A stretch of DNA of 32,000 nt from Rhodothermus marinus DSM 4252. GTDB taxonomy: Bacteria; Bacteroidota; Rhodothermia; Rhodothermales; Rhodothermaceae. Shown piece by piece: positions 24,251 through 32,000 of the stretch; position 1 is the first letter of the stretch; the number at the start of each line of letters is the position of its first letter. The notes beneath the pieces were generated by a model that searched no databases, was not told where the DNA came from, and was given only the letters and a program-made list of their open reading frames with translations. The translations under genes and the position numbers were made by a program. The DNA lies in assembly GCF_000024845.1 (NCBI RefSeq), contig NC_013501.1:1622874-1654873 (forward strand), read 5' to 3'.

Positions 24251-26212
24251 TTGGACGAAACGGCTCAGCCTCTGGAGATCGACATCGAAGCCTGGACGCC
24301 CCGGGCGGCCGAAGCACTCTACCATGTCCCGGCATGGGGCGCGGGCTTTTTCCACGTCAACGAAGCCGGACACGTAGCCGTCCGCCCGCTGGGGCCGGAA
24401 GGTCCCTCCATCGATCTGCTGGAAGTGATCGAGCGGCTGCGTGCGCAGCATGTGCATCCGCCCGTTCTGCTGCGCTTTCAGGATCTGCTGCGCACCCGCG
24501 TCCAGCAGCTCAACCGGGCGTTTCGCCGCGCCATTGCCGAGACGGGCTACGCCAACACCTATCGGGGCGTCTATCCGATCAAGGTGAACCAGCTCCGCGA
24601 GGTGGTTGAAGAAATTCTCGAAGCCGGAGCGCCTTTCTCGTTCGGGCTGGAATGCGGCTCCAAGTCGGAGCTGCTGGCCACGCTGCCCTACCTGGACCGG
24701 GACGACATGCTGCTGATCTGCAACGGCTGTAAGGACCGGGCCATGATGCAGCTCATCCTGGCGGGGCAGCGCCTGGGCAAAAAGGTGATCCCGGTGATCG
24801 AACGCATGGCCGAGTTCCGGCTGCTGCTGGAGGCGCTGGAAGATCGCTCGCTACCGCAGGCCGGTGTGCCGGCCATCTTCGGCGTGCGCCTGCGGCTGTC
24901 GGCGACGGGCGCCGGCCTGTGGTCGGAGTCCGGCGGTGAGACGTCCAAGTTCGGCCTGTCGCTGTCGGAGCTACTGGGCCTGCTCGACCGCATCGGCGAC
25001 GGTCACTCGGGGGTGTCGCTGCAGCTGCTGCACTTTCACATGGGCAGCCAGATCGCCCATCTGGCACACATTCGCGAGGCGGTCACCGAGGCCGCGCGGA
25101 TCTATGCCCGGCTGCGCAAGCGTGGGCTGGGCATCACCTACCTGGACATCGGCGGCGGCCTGGGCGTCACCTACGAGGCGGGCAACCCGGACGCCCCCGG
25201 CAGCATCGACTACTCGCTGGGCGAGTACGCCCATACGGTCGTGGCGACGGTGCAGCAGGTCTGCGAGGCCGAAGGCGTCCCGCCGCCCGTTCTGATCTCC
25301 GAAAGCGGCCGGGCCCTGACGGCCTACCACTCGGTCTTCGTGACGGAGGTGCTCGACACCCGTTCCCGACACTACGAATTGCCTGCCTGGGCCAATGGAG
25401 GCATCCATCCTCTGCTGGAGGAGCTGCGCCGGCTCTACGACGCGGCCGCCTCCGAGCCGCTGTCCGCAACGTACGAACAACTTGAAGCCGTGCGGCAGCA
25501 GGTCAACCGCTCGTTTCGGGAAGGGGCCCTGTCTCTGGAGCAGAAAGCGGAAGCCGAACAGCTCTACTGGGCTACCTGTGCCCGCCTGTGCGAGCGCCTG
25601 CCCCGCTCGTCCGAAGCGCTGGAGACGCTCCCCGAAAACCTGCGCCAGCTGCCCACGCGACTGGCCGATCATTATCTGTGCAACTTCTCCGTCTTTCGCT
25701 CGCTGATCGACCACTGGGCCATCGGCCAGCACTTCCCGATCATGCCCATTCACCGCCTGGATGAACCGCCCACACGCCACGGCATCCTGATCGATCTGAC
25801 CTGCGACTCCGACGGTCAGGTCAGCGATTTCGTCACCCCGGTCGGCGAAAAGCACACGCTTGAACTCCATCCGCTGCGCCCGGACGAGCCCTACTACCTG
25901 GGCTTTTTCCTGATGGGTGCCTATCAGGACATCATGGGCGATCAACACAACCTTTTCGGCCGCGTCACCGAAGCGCACGTCTATCTGGACGAAGACGAGC
26001 CGGGGAATTTTTACATCGAGCTGATTCTGCCGGGCGCGACCGTCGAAAAAGAACTGGCTCAGGTGCAGTACTACCCGAACGACCTCGAGCGTCGCATGAA
26101 CCGGCTCATTCAGGAGAAGGTGCGCACCGGTGCGCTGCGGCCACGGGAAGGCGTGGAATTGCTGGAACTGTACCGGCGCGTCTTTCGGACTTCCACCTAT
26201 CTGGAACACTGA
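24251..26212 (+). CDS. speA: Biosynthetic arginine decarboxylase (653 aa, TTG start per ORF track)
   Basis: The N-terminus reads YHVPAWGAGFFHVNEAGHVAVRP, and the PLP-lysine motif is YPIKVNQ. Also present are DIGGGLGV and ESGRALTAYHSV. Confidence 0.9.
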   Translation: MDETAQPLEIDIEAWTPRAAEALYHVPAWGAGFFHVNEAGHVAVRPLGPEGPSIDLLEVIERLRAQHVHPPVLLRFQDLLRTRVQQLNRAFRRAIAETGYANTYRGVYPIKVNQLREVVEEILEAGAPFSFGLECGSKSELLATLPYLDRDDMLLICNGCKDRAMMQLILAGQRLGKKVIPVIERMAEFRLLLEALEDRSLPQAGVPAIFGVRLRLSATGAGLWSESGGETSKFGLSLSELLGLLDRIGDGHSGVSLQLLHFHMGSQIAHLAHIREAVTEAARIYARLRKRGLGITYLDIGGGLGVTYEAGNPDAPGSIDYSLGEYAHTVVATVQQVCEAEGVPPPVLISESGRALTAYHSVFVTEVLDTRSRHYELPAWANGGIHPLLEELRRLYDAAASEPLSATYEQLEAVRQQVNRSFREGALSLEQKAEAEQLYWATCARLCERLPRSSEALETLPENLRQLPTRLADHYLCNFSVFRSLIDHWAIGQHFPIMPIHRLDEPPTRHGILIDLTCDSDGQVSDFVTPVGEKHTLELHPLRPDEPYYLGFFLMGAYQDIMGDQHNLFGRVTEAHVYLDEDEPGNFYIELILPGATVEKELAQVQYYPNDLERRMNRLIQEKVRTGALRPREGVELLELYRRVFRTSTYLEH

Positions 26213-26215
26213 GCG

Positions 26216-26686
26216 TTACGCCGCGCGGCGGCGTCCCTGGCGCAACAGATACAGCGCAATGCCGAGCAGATGGGCCGGATGCACCGGCCGCACCAGACAG
26301 GCATCGGCGCCTATCTGGTAGGCTTCAGCAATCACCTGCGGGTTGTCTTCCTGAAGCACGACCAGCAGCGGCACATCCGCCAGCGGCCACTCCCGACGCA
26401 ACTGCATCAGGCGCGTCCAGTCCGGGTGCGGCTGGCGGGCCTCCAGCACCAGCAGCCGTCCGGAAAACGCGCTGTGGATCTCCACGAGCGAAGCCACCCA
26501 GTGTGCATCGGCCACCTGCAGGCGCTGCACGACCGGAAGCGTCTCGGCGGTTTTTTCCTCAACAGGTACTTTTTGCAACTGCACCTGCAACTGCTGGATC
26601 ACGGCCAGCAACTCATTCAGCAACGACCGAATCGGTTCTTTTTCGGCGGCGCTCCCGGCCGATGCCTGCGGGTTGACGGCTTTCAT
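26216..26686 (-). CDS. Hypothetical protein with a degenerate receiver (REC)-like C-terminal half (156 aa)
   Basis: The segment RLLVLEARQP...VPLLVVLQEDN...GADACLVRPV resembles REC strands beta3-beta5. However, it has E where the phospho-Asp is expected and R where the conserved Lys is expected. No N-terminal acidic pair is visible. Confidence 0.35.
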   Translation of the reverse strand: MKAVNPQASAGSAAEKEPIRSLLNELLAVIQQLQVQLQKVPVEEKTAETLPVVQRLQVADAHWVASLVEIHSAFSGRLLVLEARQPHPDWTRLMQLRREWPLADVPLLVVLQEDNPQVIAEAYQIGADACLVRPVHPAHLLGIALYLLRQGRRRAA

Positions 26687-26790
26687 ACCGGAACAGATGC
26701 TTGAACTCCTCGGAAGACTACTTCAAGTATCGGTTCAGAACCGGTGGGGATTAAGCCGCAGGCGCAAGCATCGTGCCCCGGATGAAAAAT

Positions 26791-28175
26791 TCATCCTCCG
26801 GCGGCGCGCGGAAGCGGCTCGGGCAGGTCGGCGATCACGTAGGCCATGACGGCCAGCGCCGCAATGCACAGGTTCAGCTCATGGGGATCCAGCTTGTCGA
26901 TCGTGTCGGCGTCGGTGTGGTGATACCAGAAGTAGCGGGTGCCATCCACACGAAGCCCCATGCCGGGCACGCCCTCGCGCATAAGTGGTGAAATGTCGGC
27001 GCCGCCACCTCCTTCCCAGATCCGATCGGCCCCGATGGGCTCCAGCAGCCGGGCGACGGCCCGAACGATGGCGAGCGCTTCGGGCGATCCGGTAAATCCG
27101 AACCCTTCCGGCTTGAAAACCCCGGCGTCCGTTTCAATGGCCAGCACGTGCCGATCCAGTTCGTCCCGGTAGCGATCCCGGTAGGCCAGCGCGCCCCGGA
27201 GCCCGTTCTCCTCGTTGGTCCAGAGCACCACGCGGATGGTCCGGCGCGGCCGCAGACCCAGGCGTTTTAGGAGCCGCACGGCCTCCCAGGCGGCCACACA
27301 ACCGCCCGCGTCGTCCATGGCCCCCTGCCCCACATCCCAGGAGTCAATGTGTCCGCCCACCACCACGATCTCTTCGGGACGCTCCCGCCCCACCAGCTCG
27401 GCCACCACGTTGCGCGACGGCACGTCGGGCAGCGTCTGCGCCTCCATGTAGAGCCAGAGCCGGGGGCGTTGGCCGCGGTCCTGCAGGCGTTGCAGCAGCT
27501 CGGCGTCCTCGACGGTCAGCGCGGCGTGCGGAATGCGCGGCACGCCTTCTTCGTAGCGCATGCCGCCGGTATGCGGCGTGTAGAGCGAGTGCGGCGTCAC
27601 CGACCGCACCAGGCTGGCCACGGCACCGGCCCGCGCCGCGGCTATCGCCCCCAGCACCCGGTAACGCACCGTCTCGCCGTAGGTGGTAAAAGGTACGTTG
27701 AAGACGACGATGCGGCCGCGCGCCTCGTCCCGACGGGCCTCCAGTTCGTCGAACGAGCGCACGACTAGCACCTCGGCCTCGATGCCTTCCGGTGGCGTGG
27801 CCACGCTGCCGCCCAGTCCCAGCACGGCCAGTTTCTTCCGATAGGGATGGCGCAGCTCCAGCGCCTCGTTGCCCCGCACCCAGCGCGGCACCATCACCGT
27901 ATCGCCCCGGACGTTTTCCAGGCCATCCCCCGCATGGCTTCCAGCACCCAGTCGATAGCCCGCTCCAGCTGAGGCGTACCGCTGAAACGCGGCCCGAAGG
28001 TATCGACCAGATAGGCCAGACGCTCGAAGGCGCTGCTGTCGGCCAGCGCCGCTTTGATAATGCGCTGTGCAACGGCTTCGTAGCGTAGCCGAAGTGTGTC
28101 GGGCAGCGGCTGCGCCTGCCCTACCCTGCCATTCAGGATGACCAGTGTTATCAGTGTTGCAATAACGGATCTCAT
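26791..28175 (-). pseudogene. M28-family (carboxypeptidase Q-like) aminopeptidase interrupted by a 1-nt frameshift at a C5 run (27927-27931)
   Basis: The N-terminal 82 codons (MRSVIATL...AIDWVLEAMRG, signal peptide included) are in one frame, within track ORF 27894..28343. The remainder (DGLENVRGDTVMVPRWVRG...GGHIDSWDVGQGAMDDAGG...WTNEENGLRG...) is in the frame of track ORF 26791..28410. One extra G on the coding strand would join them seamlessly. Confidence 0.75.
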
Positions 28176-28241
28176 GGTGACTTGACGGTGGGTTACTTCC
28201 GAAATTATCGTGTAGCTTACGAAACCGCCTGCAGAAACGCC

Positions 28242-28850
28242 ATGCCCTCGCCTGCCGCCGACAGCCTCTGCGGCCTCGACTTCGGCGCCCGCACCGCCGG
28301 CACCACCGTGGTGGTCTGGAACGGCCGCGACGGCCGCCTCCACCTGCGCGCCTGCCCGCGCCAGACCGATGCCGACGCCTGGCTCGAACGCCTGCTAATG
28401 CCTCGCCCACCCCGCCTCGTCGCCATCGATGCGCCGCTCAGCCTGCCCCGCGCCTACTGCTGCACGGACCCCGGCGACGCGCCCGACTTCTTCTTCCGTG
28501 CGGCCGACCGCCTGGCCGGTGCCATGTCGCCGTTGTTTCTGGGCGGCCTGACCGCCCGCGCCATTGCCCTGGCCCATCGACTTCGCCGCCTCGGCGCCAC
28601 CGTGCTGGAAACCTACCCCCGCCTCGTGGTGCAACGCCGCCTGCCGGAAAACCTCCAGGCCCGCTACCGCCACGACGACCCGGAGGCCTTCGCCCGCGAC
28701 CTGCTCCCCCTGCTGCCCCAGCCCTGCGCCGAGCCCCCGGCAAGCTGGCACGACGTGGACGCCCTGCTGGCCTGGTGGACCGCCTGGCGCTACGCCCACC
28801 ATCAGGCAGCCAGCCTGGGCGACCCGGACGAAGGCCTGATCTGGTACTGA
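28242..28850 (+). CDS. DUF429-like protein (predicted RNase H-fold), 202 aa from ATG 28242
   Basis: An N-terminal LCGLDFGARTAG and a C-terminal HDVDALLAWWTAW resemble the DUF429 pattern as I recall it (G.D.a....G ... D..DAl..A). The match is weak. Confidence 0.4.
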   Translation: MPSPAADSLCGLDFGARTAGTTVVVWNGRDGRLHLRACPRQTDADAWLERLLMPRPPRLVAIDAPLSLPRAYCCTDPGDAPDFFFRAADRLAGAMSPLFLGGLTARAIALAHRLRRLGATVLETYPRLVVQRRLPENLQARYRHDDPEAFARDLLPLLPQPCAEPPASWHDVDALLAWWTAWRYAHHQAASLGDPDEGLIWY

Positions 28851-28853
28851 ACG

Positions 28854-29540
28854 TCAGAAGTGGAACGTCACGCCAAAGCGCCAGATGAGCACGTTCGTCC
28901 GTGAGCGGTACACGTCGTACATTACCCGGCCGTTTTCGCGTCGGATGGAGCCTTTGCGGAGATACTCGGCCTCCGAACCGTACAGGTAGCGCCCGCCCAG
29001 GTGGATCAAGAACCGCTGCGTACGCTTCGGCGTGGGCTTGCGATAGAGTTCGATCTCCAGACCGCCCCCGTAGCCGTAGCTCAGCGCCACGTCTTCGTAG
29101 TTGTTGGACGCGGCAATTTCTCGTTGCTGCTCGCTTTCGATGGTAGTGCGCGTGTAGAAGTAGCGTCCGCCGATCAGCCCCTCCACGAACGGCCAGAGCC
29201 GGTCCAGCCCCGGCTGCAGACGCATCAGCAGGTGCCCCATCGCCATGTTGTTGACGGTCTCGACGTCCACCGTCACGTCCGGGATCGTCAGGCTGAACGG
29301 CTCGCGACGGCGCTCCACGCCATAGATCATGAAGCCGGCCTCTGCCCCCAGAAACACCGGCACCTCCAGAAAACGCCAGCCGAAGTCGAAGTCCAGTCCG
29401 AAGCCGGCATTATCGACGTTCGTCCGGAATGCTCCCTGCGGAATGCCGGCCAGAAAATAGACGCTGCCCTGAAAGGCCGTCTGTGCCCGGGCGCCAGGCA
29501 CCAGCATGAGCCAGAGGATCAGTCCTGCGAAGCGCCGCAT
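28854..29540 (-). CDS. Outer-membrane beta-barrel protein (228 aa)
   Basis: The signal peptide is MRRFAGLILWLMLVPGARAQ. The body has alternating aromatic/glycine beta-strand patterning, and the C-terminus VTFHF ends in Phe. Confidence 0.65.
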   Translation of the reverse strand: MRRFAGLILWLMLVPGARAQTAFQGSVYFLAGIPQGAFRTNVDNAGFGLDFDFGWRFLEVPVFLGAEAGFMIYGVERRREPFSLTIPDVTVDVETVNNMAMGHLLMRLQPGLDRLWPFVEGLIGGRYFYTRTTIESEQQREIAASNNYEDVALSYGYGGGLEIELYRKPTPKRTQRFLIHLGGRYLYGSEAEYLRKGSIRRENGRVMYDVYRSRTNVLIWRFGVTFHF

Positions 29541-29647
29541 GATCCATTGCCATTACGTGAAGCGAAACCGATCTGAAAATTAGTGCTGACCAGTGGCCGA
29601 TCGTCATGCGCTTGCCGGCGCATCGCCTCCGTCTTCTTCGGCGCATT

Positions 29648-30838
29648 TCACCCGAAGCGCTCCAGTGCGAAAGCGGAACGGTGACTTCGGGCAAAGAGAT
29701 CGTAGCCATCGGGGGTGTATCCCAGCAGGAGTTCGGCCAGCAGGCGTCCCATGCGAAAGCCATAGCCCATGCCGTGCCCGGTGAATCCGGCCGCCCAGTA
29801 GCTGCCCTCCAGGCCCGGCACCTGATCGACGACGGGCAGGCCGTCCGGCGAAAAGCCCATCGTGCCGCTCCAGCGACATTGGATCCGGAGCCCTTCGGTC
29901 TGAGGAAAGTAGGCGTGCAGGTAGCGTTCCAGGTCGGCCTGCAGCGCCTCGGTGGTGGCGTCCTCGTAGCCCACCTCTTCTTCCAGGTGCAGGTGTCGGG
30001 CGCCGCCCAGCAGCAGGGTGCCGTCGGCGAGCTGACGCAGGTAAAAGAAGCCGTCGTGCGAATAGACCGGACACGGCACCCAGCGGCGGCCGGCCGGCTC
30101 GGTGGCCAGCATCTGCGCCCGTACGGGCCGCACGTAGGCGGCCGTCTCCGGCAGGAGTCGCGGCAGGTAGGCGTTCAGGGCCAGCAGCACCTGCCCGGCC
30201 CGCACCGAGCCGTAGGGCGTCTCCAGACGCACGCCATCGCCGCAGGGCTCCAGTGCCAGTACGGGGTGATGCGTAAGCACGAGCGCTTCGCTCCGGTCGG
30301 CCAGGTAGCGGACCAGCGCCACCGGATCCAGACAGCCCCCCTCGGGCAGGTACAAGCCACCCCGATAGCCGCGAGCGCGAAGACGCCGATTGATTTCGGC
30401 GGCGGATAGAAAAATCGCAGGGGCCCCGTCGCTCCGAAGCCACGAGACGGCCTCCTGCAGCCGCTTCTCCTCTTCGGCGGAGCCGGCCACGATCAGCGCT
30501 CCGCTGTCCTCCCAGTCGAAGGCCGTCGGGTCCAGCTCACGCACCAGCAGTGTGCGATTTTCCCGGGTGAACTGCCAGAGACGACGTGCTCGGGTCTCGC
30601 CATAGCGGCTACAATCTTTCAGGAAGTCGGCCGAGGCGCCGGGCAGAATAAAGCCCGCATTGCGCCCGCTGGCGCCGTCGGCCAGCGCCCCGGCCTCCAG
30701 CAAGATCAGCCGCAGCTGCGGCCGCAGCCGGTGCAACCAGAAGGCCGTGGCGCATCCGACCACGCCGCCGCCGACGATCGCGATGTCGGCCACACGTTCG
30801 GCCGCCTGATGTCGCCGTTGCCAGAAAGATCGCGTCAC
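29648..30838 (-). CDS. FAD-dependent oxidoreductase, DAO (glycine/D-amino-acid oxidase-like) family (396 aa)
   Basis: The N-terminal Rossmann motif is IAIVGGGVVGCATAFWL, and the C-terminal motif is AAGFTGHGMGYG. Confidence 0.8.
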   Translation of the reverse strand: MTRSFWQRRHQAAERVADIAIVGGGVVGCATAFWLHRLRPQLRLILLEAGALADGASGRNAGFILPGASADFLKDCSRYGETRARRLWQFTRENRTLLVRELDPTAFDWEDSGALIVAGSAEEEKRLQEAVSWLRSDGAPAIFLSAAEINRRLRARGYRGGLYLPEGGCLDPVALVRYLADRSEALVLTHHPVLALEPCGDGVRLETPYGSVRAGQVLLALNAYLPRLLPETAAYVRPVRAQMLATEPAGRRWVPCPVYSHDGFFYLRQLADGTLLLGGARHLHLEEEVGYEDATTEALQADLERYLHAYFPQTEGLRIQCRWSGTMGFSPDGLPVVDQVPGLEGSYWAAGFTGHGMGYGFRMGRLLAELLLGYTPDGYDLFARSHRSAFALERFG

Positions 30839-30844
30839 GGCTCG

Positions 30845-31831
30845 TTACGTCTGCACGTCCACCACCAGCCGTCCCTGCGTTTTGCCGGCCAGCATGGCTT
30901 CGCTCCACTGCGGCACCTCGGAGAGCGGAATCACCCGGGTAACCCGATGCAATGCGTCTTTGGGCAGGTCATGCGTCAGACGGTGCCAGGCGCGGCGGCG
31001 CCGTTCCTGGGGACAGGTATTCGAGTCGATGCCCAGCAGGTTGATCCCGCGCAGGATGAACGGGAAGACGGTAGTCGTGAACTCATGGCTCTGAGCCAAC
31101 CCACAGGCGGCCACACTGCCGTGGCGCTTGAGCTGGCTGAGCAGGGCCGCCAGCGTCGGGCCGCCCACCGTATCTACGGCACCGGCCCATAGCCCCGAGT
31201 CGAGCGGACGCTTCGGTCCCTGCCCCAGCTCCTGCCGGTCGATCACCCGGGCAGCGCCCAGCGCCTGCAGCAGGCCATACGCCGAGGTCTTGCCCGTCGA
31301 AGCGACCACGTCATAGCCCAGATGCGCCAGAATCGCCACGGCCAGGCTGCCCACCCCGCCGCTGGCGCCGGTTACCACGACCTCGCCCTGATCCGGGATC
31401 AGGCCATGCTCTTCGAGCGCCATCACCGAAAGCATCGCCGTAAAGCCGGCCGTGCCGATGGCCATGGCCTCCAGCGGCGTCAGGCGACGCGGCAGCGGCA
31501 CCACCCACTCGGAACGAACCCGGGCCCGCGTGGCATAGCCGCCCCAGTGCGTCTCGCCGATCCCCCAGCCCGTCACGATCACCGTCTGTCCGGGTTTGAT
31601 GTCCGGATTTTCCGATTCGAGCACCGTGCCCACCAGGTCGATGCCCGGCACAAAGGGATATTCGCCCCGGATGATTTTTCCCCTGCCCGTGACCGCCAGC
31701 GCGTCTTTGTAATTCAGGCTGGAATAATGCACTTCCAGCAGCAGATCGCCTTCCGGAAGGCGATCCTCCGGGAGCGTTTCGATACGGGGTTGAATCGTAC
31801 CGTTTTCATTATACAGAACCAGTGCGCGCAT
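30845..31831 (-). CDS. YhdH/AcuI-type NADPH:quinone (acrylyl-CoA) oxidoreductase, MDR superfamily (328 aa)
   Basis: Readable motifs are YSSLNYKDALAVTGRG, PFVPGIDLVGTV, and the cofactor motif VVVTGASGGVGSLAV. Confidence 0.8.
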   Translation of the reverse strand: MRALVLYNENGTIQPRIETLPEDRLPEGDLLLEVHYSSLNYKDALAVTGRGKIIRGEYPFVPGIDLVGTVLESENPDIKPGQTVIVTGWGIGETHWGGYATRARVRSEWVVPLPRRLTPLEAMAIGTAGFTAMLSVMALEEHGLIPDQGEVVVTGASGGVGSLAVAILAHLGYDVVASTGKTSAYGLLQALGAARVIDRQELGQGPKRPLDSGLWAGAVDTVGGPTLAALLSQLKRHGSVAACGLAQSHEFTTTVFPFILRGINLLGIDSNTCPQERRRRAWHRLTHDLPKDALHRVTRVIPLSEVPQWSEAMLAGKTQGRLVVDVQT

Positions 31832-31833
31832 CG

Positions 31834-32000
31834 TTACTGACAGGTTTCGTGAACAAGTTCACCCTCGATGATCACGCCGCACACGTGCGTGGTGTACTCG
31901 AAGGGATCGCCATCGAAGAGCACCAGGTCGGCGTCTTTGCCGGGCTCCAGCGAGCCCACGCGATCGGCGATCCCCAGAATCCGGGCGGCCTGGATCGTCA
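31834..32000 (-). CDS. Amidohydrolase-family protein, C-terminal 55 codons (gene starts beyond the right edge)
   Basis: Hand translation gives TIQAARILGIADRVGSLEPGKDADLVLFDGDPFEYTTHVCGVIIEGELVHETCQ*. The G.LE.GK.ADLV..DGDP tail is typical of metal-dependent amidohydrolases. The stop lies 2 nt upstream of the next gene's start. Confidence 0.6.
   Translation of the reverse strand, partial: TIQAARILGIADRVGSLEPGKDADLVLFDGDPFEYTTHVCGVIIEGELVHETCQ

Noticed and set aside
26791-28410. The 5' extension of the 539-aa track ORF (MGEALAGVRARRRHRSGAGRRAGGGGRR...) could be the real N-terminus of the M28 peptidase.
   Set aside because: The first ~160 codons are Arg/Gly noise. A proper signal peptide plus a conserved M28 N-terminal region exists in the adjacent frame (start 28175) and joins at a homopolymer. 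A frameshift is the simpler reading.

Overview
This 32-kb window comes from a high-GC bacterial chromosome: hand-counted housekeeping lines run about 65-67% GC. The gene content (M32 Taq-type carboxypeptidase, heterodimeric PDH E1, PhoD-like phosphatase, beta-barrel OMP, DUF3524 glycosyltransferase) would fit a Rhodothermus-like thermophile, but I cannot verify taxonomy. Most of the window is ordinary core metabolism. This includes pdhA-pdhB-E2, icd, speA, a family-B DNA polymerase, an M32 carboxypeptidase, HPF, comF, several oxidoreductases and an amidohydrolase. Two accessory regions stand out. (1) At the left edge is a mercury-resistance operon (ArsR-type regulator, MerT-MerP fusion, MerA). 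It is translationally coupled by ATGA overlaps, has a palindrome-rich AT-rich control region, and lies just 3' of a tRNA-Thr(CGT). (2) The main item is a ~4.2-kb insert (16916-21092) wedged between the convergent stops of comF and an ABC ATPase. It carries four intact co-directional genes on the minus strand. They are a 505-aa stand-alone reverse transcriptase in a sharply AT-rich (~30-40% GC) segment, an HTH+HEXXH ImmA/IrrE-type metallopeptidase, a DUF4411 PIN-like protein, and a short Abi_C-domain protein. The block ends directly in the last ~50 codons of a type I restriction hsdR gene whose body is gone. There is no integrase, transposase, hsdM, hsdS, retron ncRNA space, group II intron RNA or DGR repeat. 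I read this as a decayed type I R-M defence hotspot whose passenger genes survived and which later gained an Abi/UG-like RT. The RT-headed four-gene block is the best candidate for an undescribed defence system. Smaller observations are a single-base frameshift in an M28 peptidase at a C5/G5 run, a structured 250-nt convergent intergenic region with a repeated GAAGCGAAG..GTGCC motif, a 17-nt perfect palindrome with a third half-site, and a bacterial homologue of the eukaryotic queuosine mannosyltransferase family. All functional calls rest on motifs I could read in the translations. No database search was possible.
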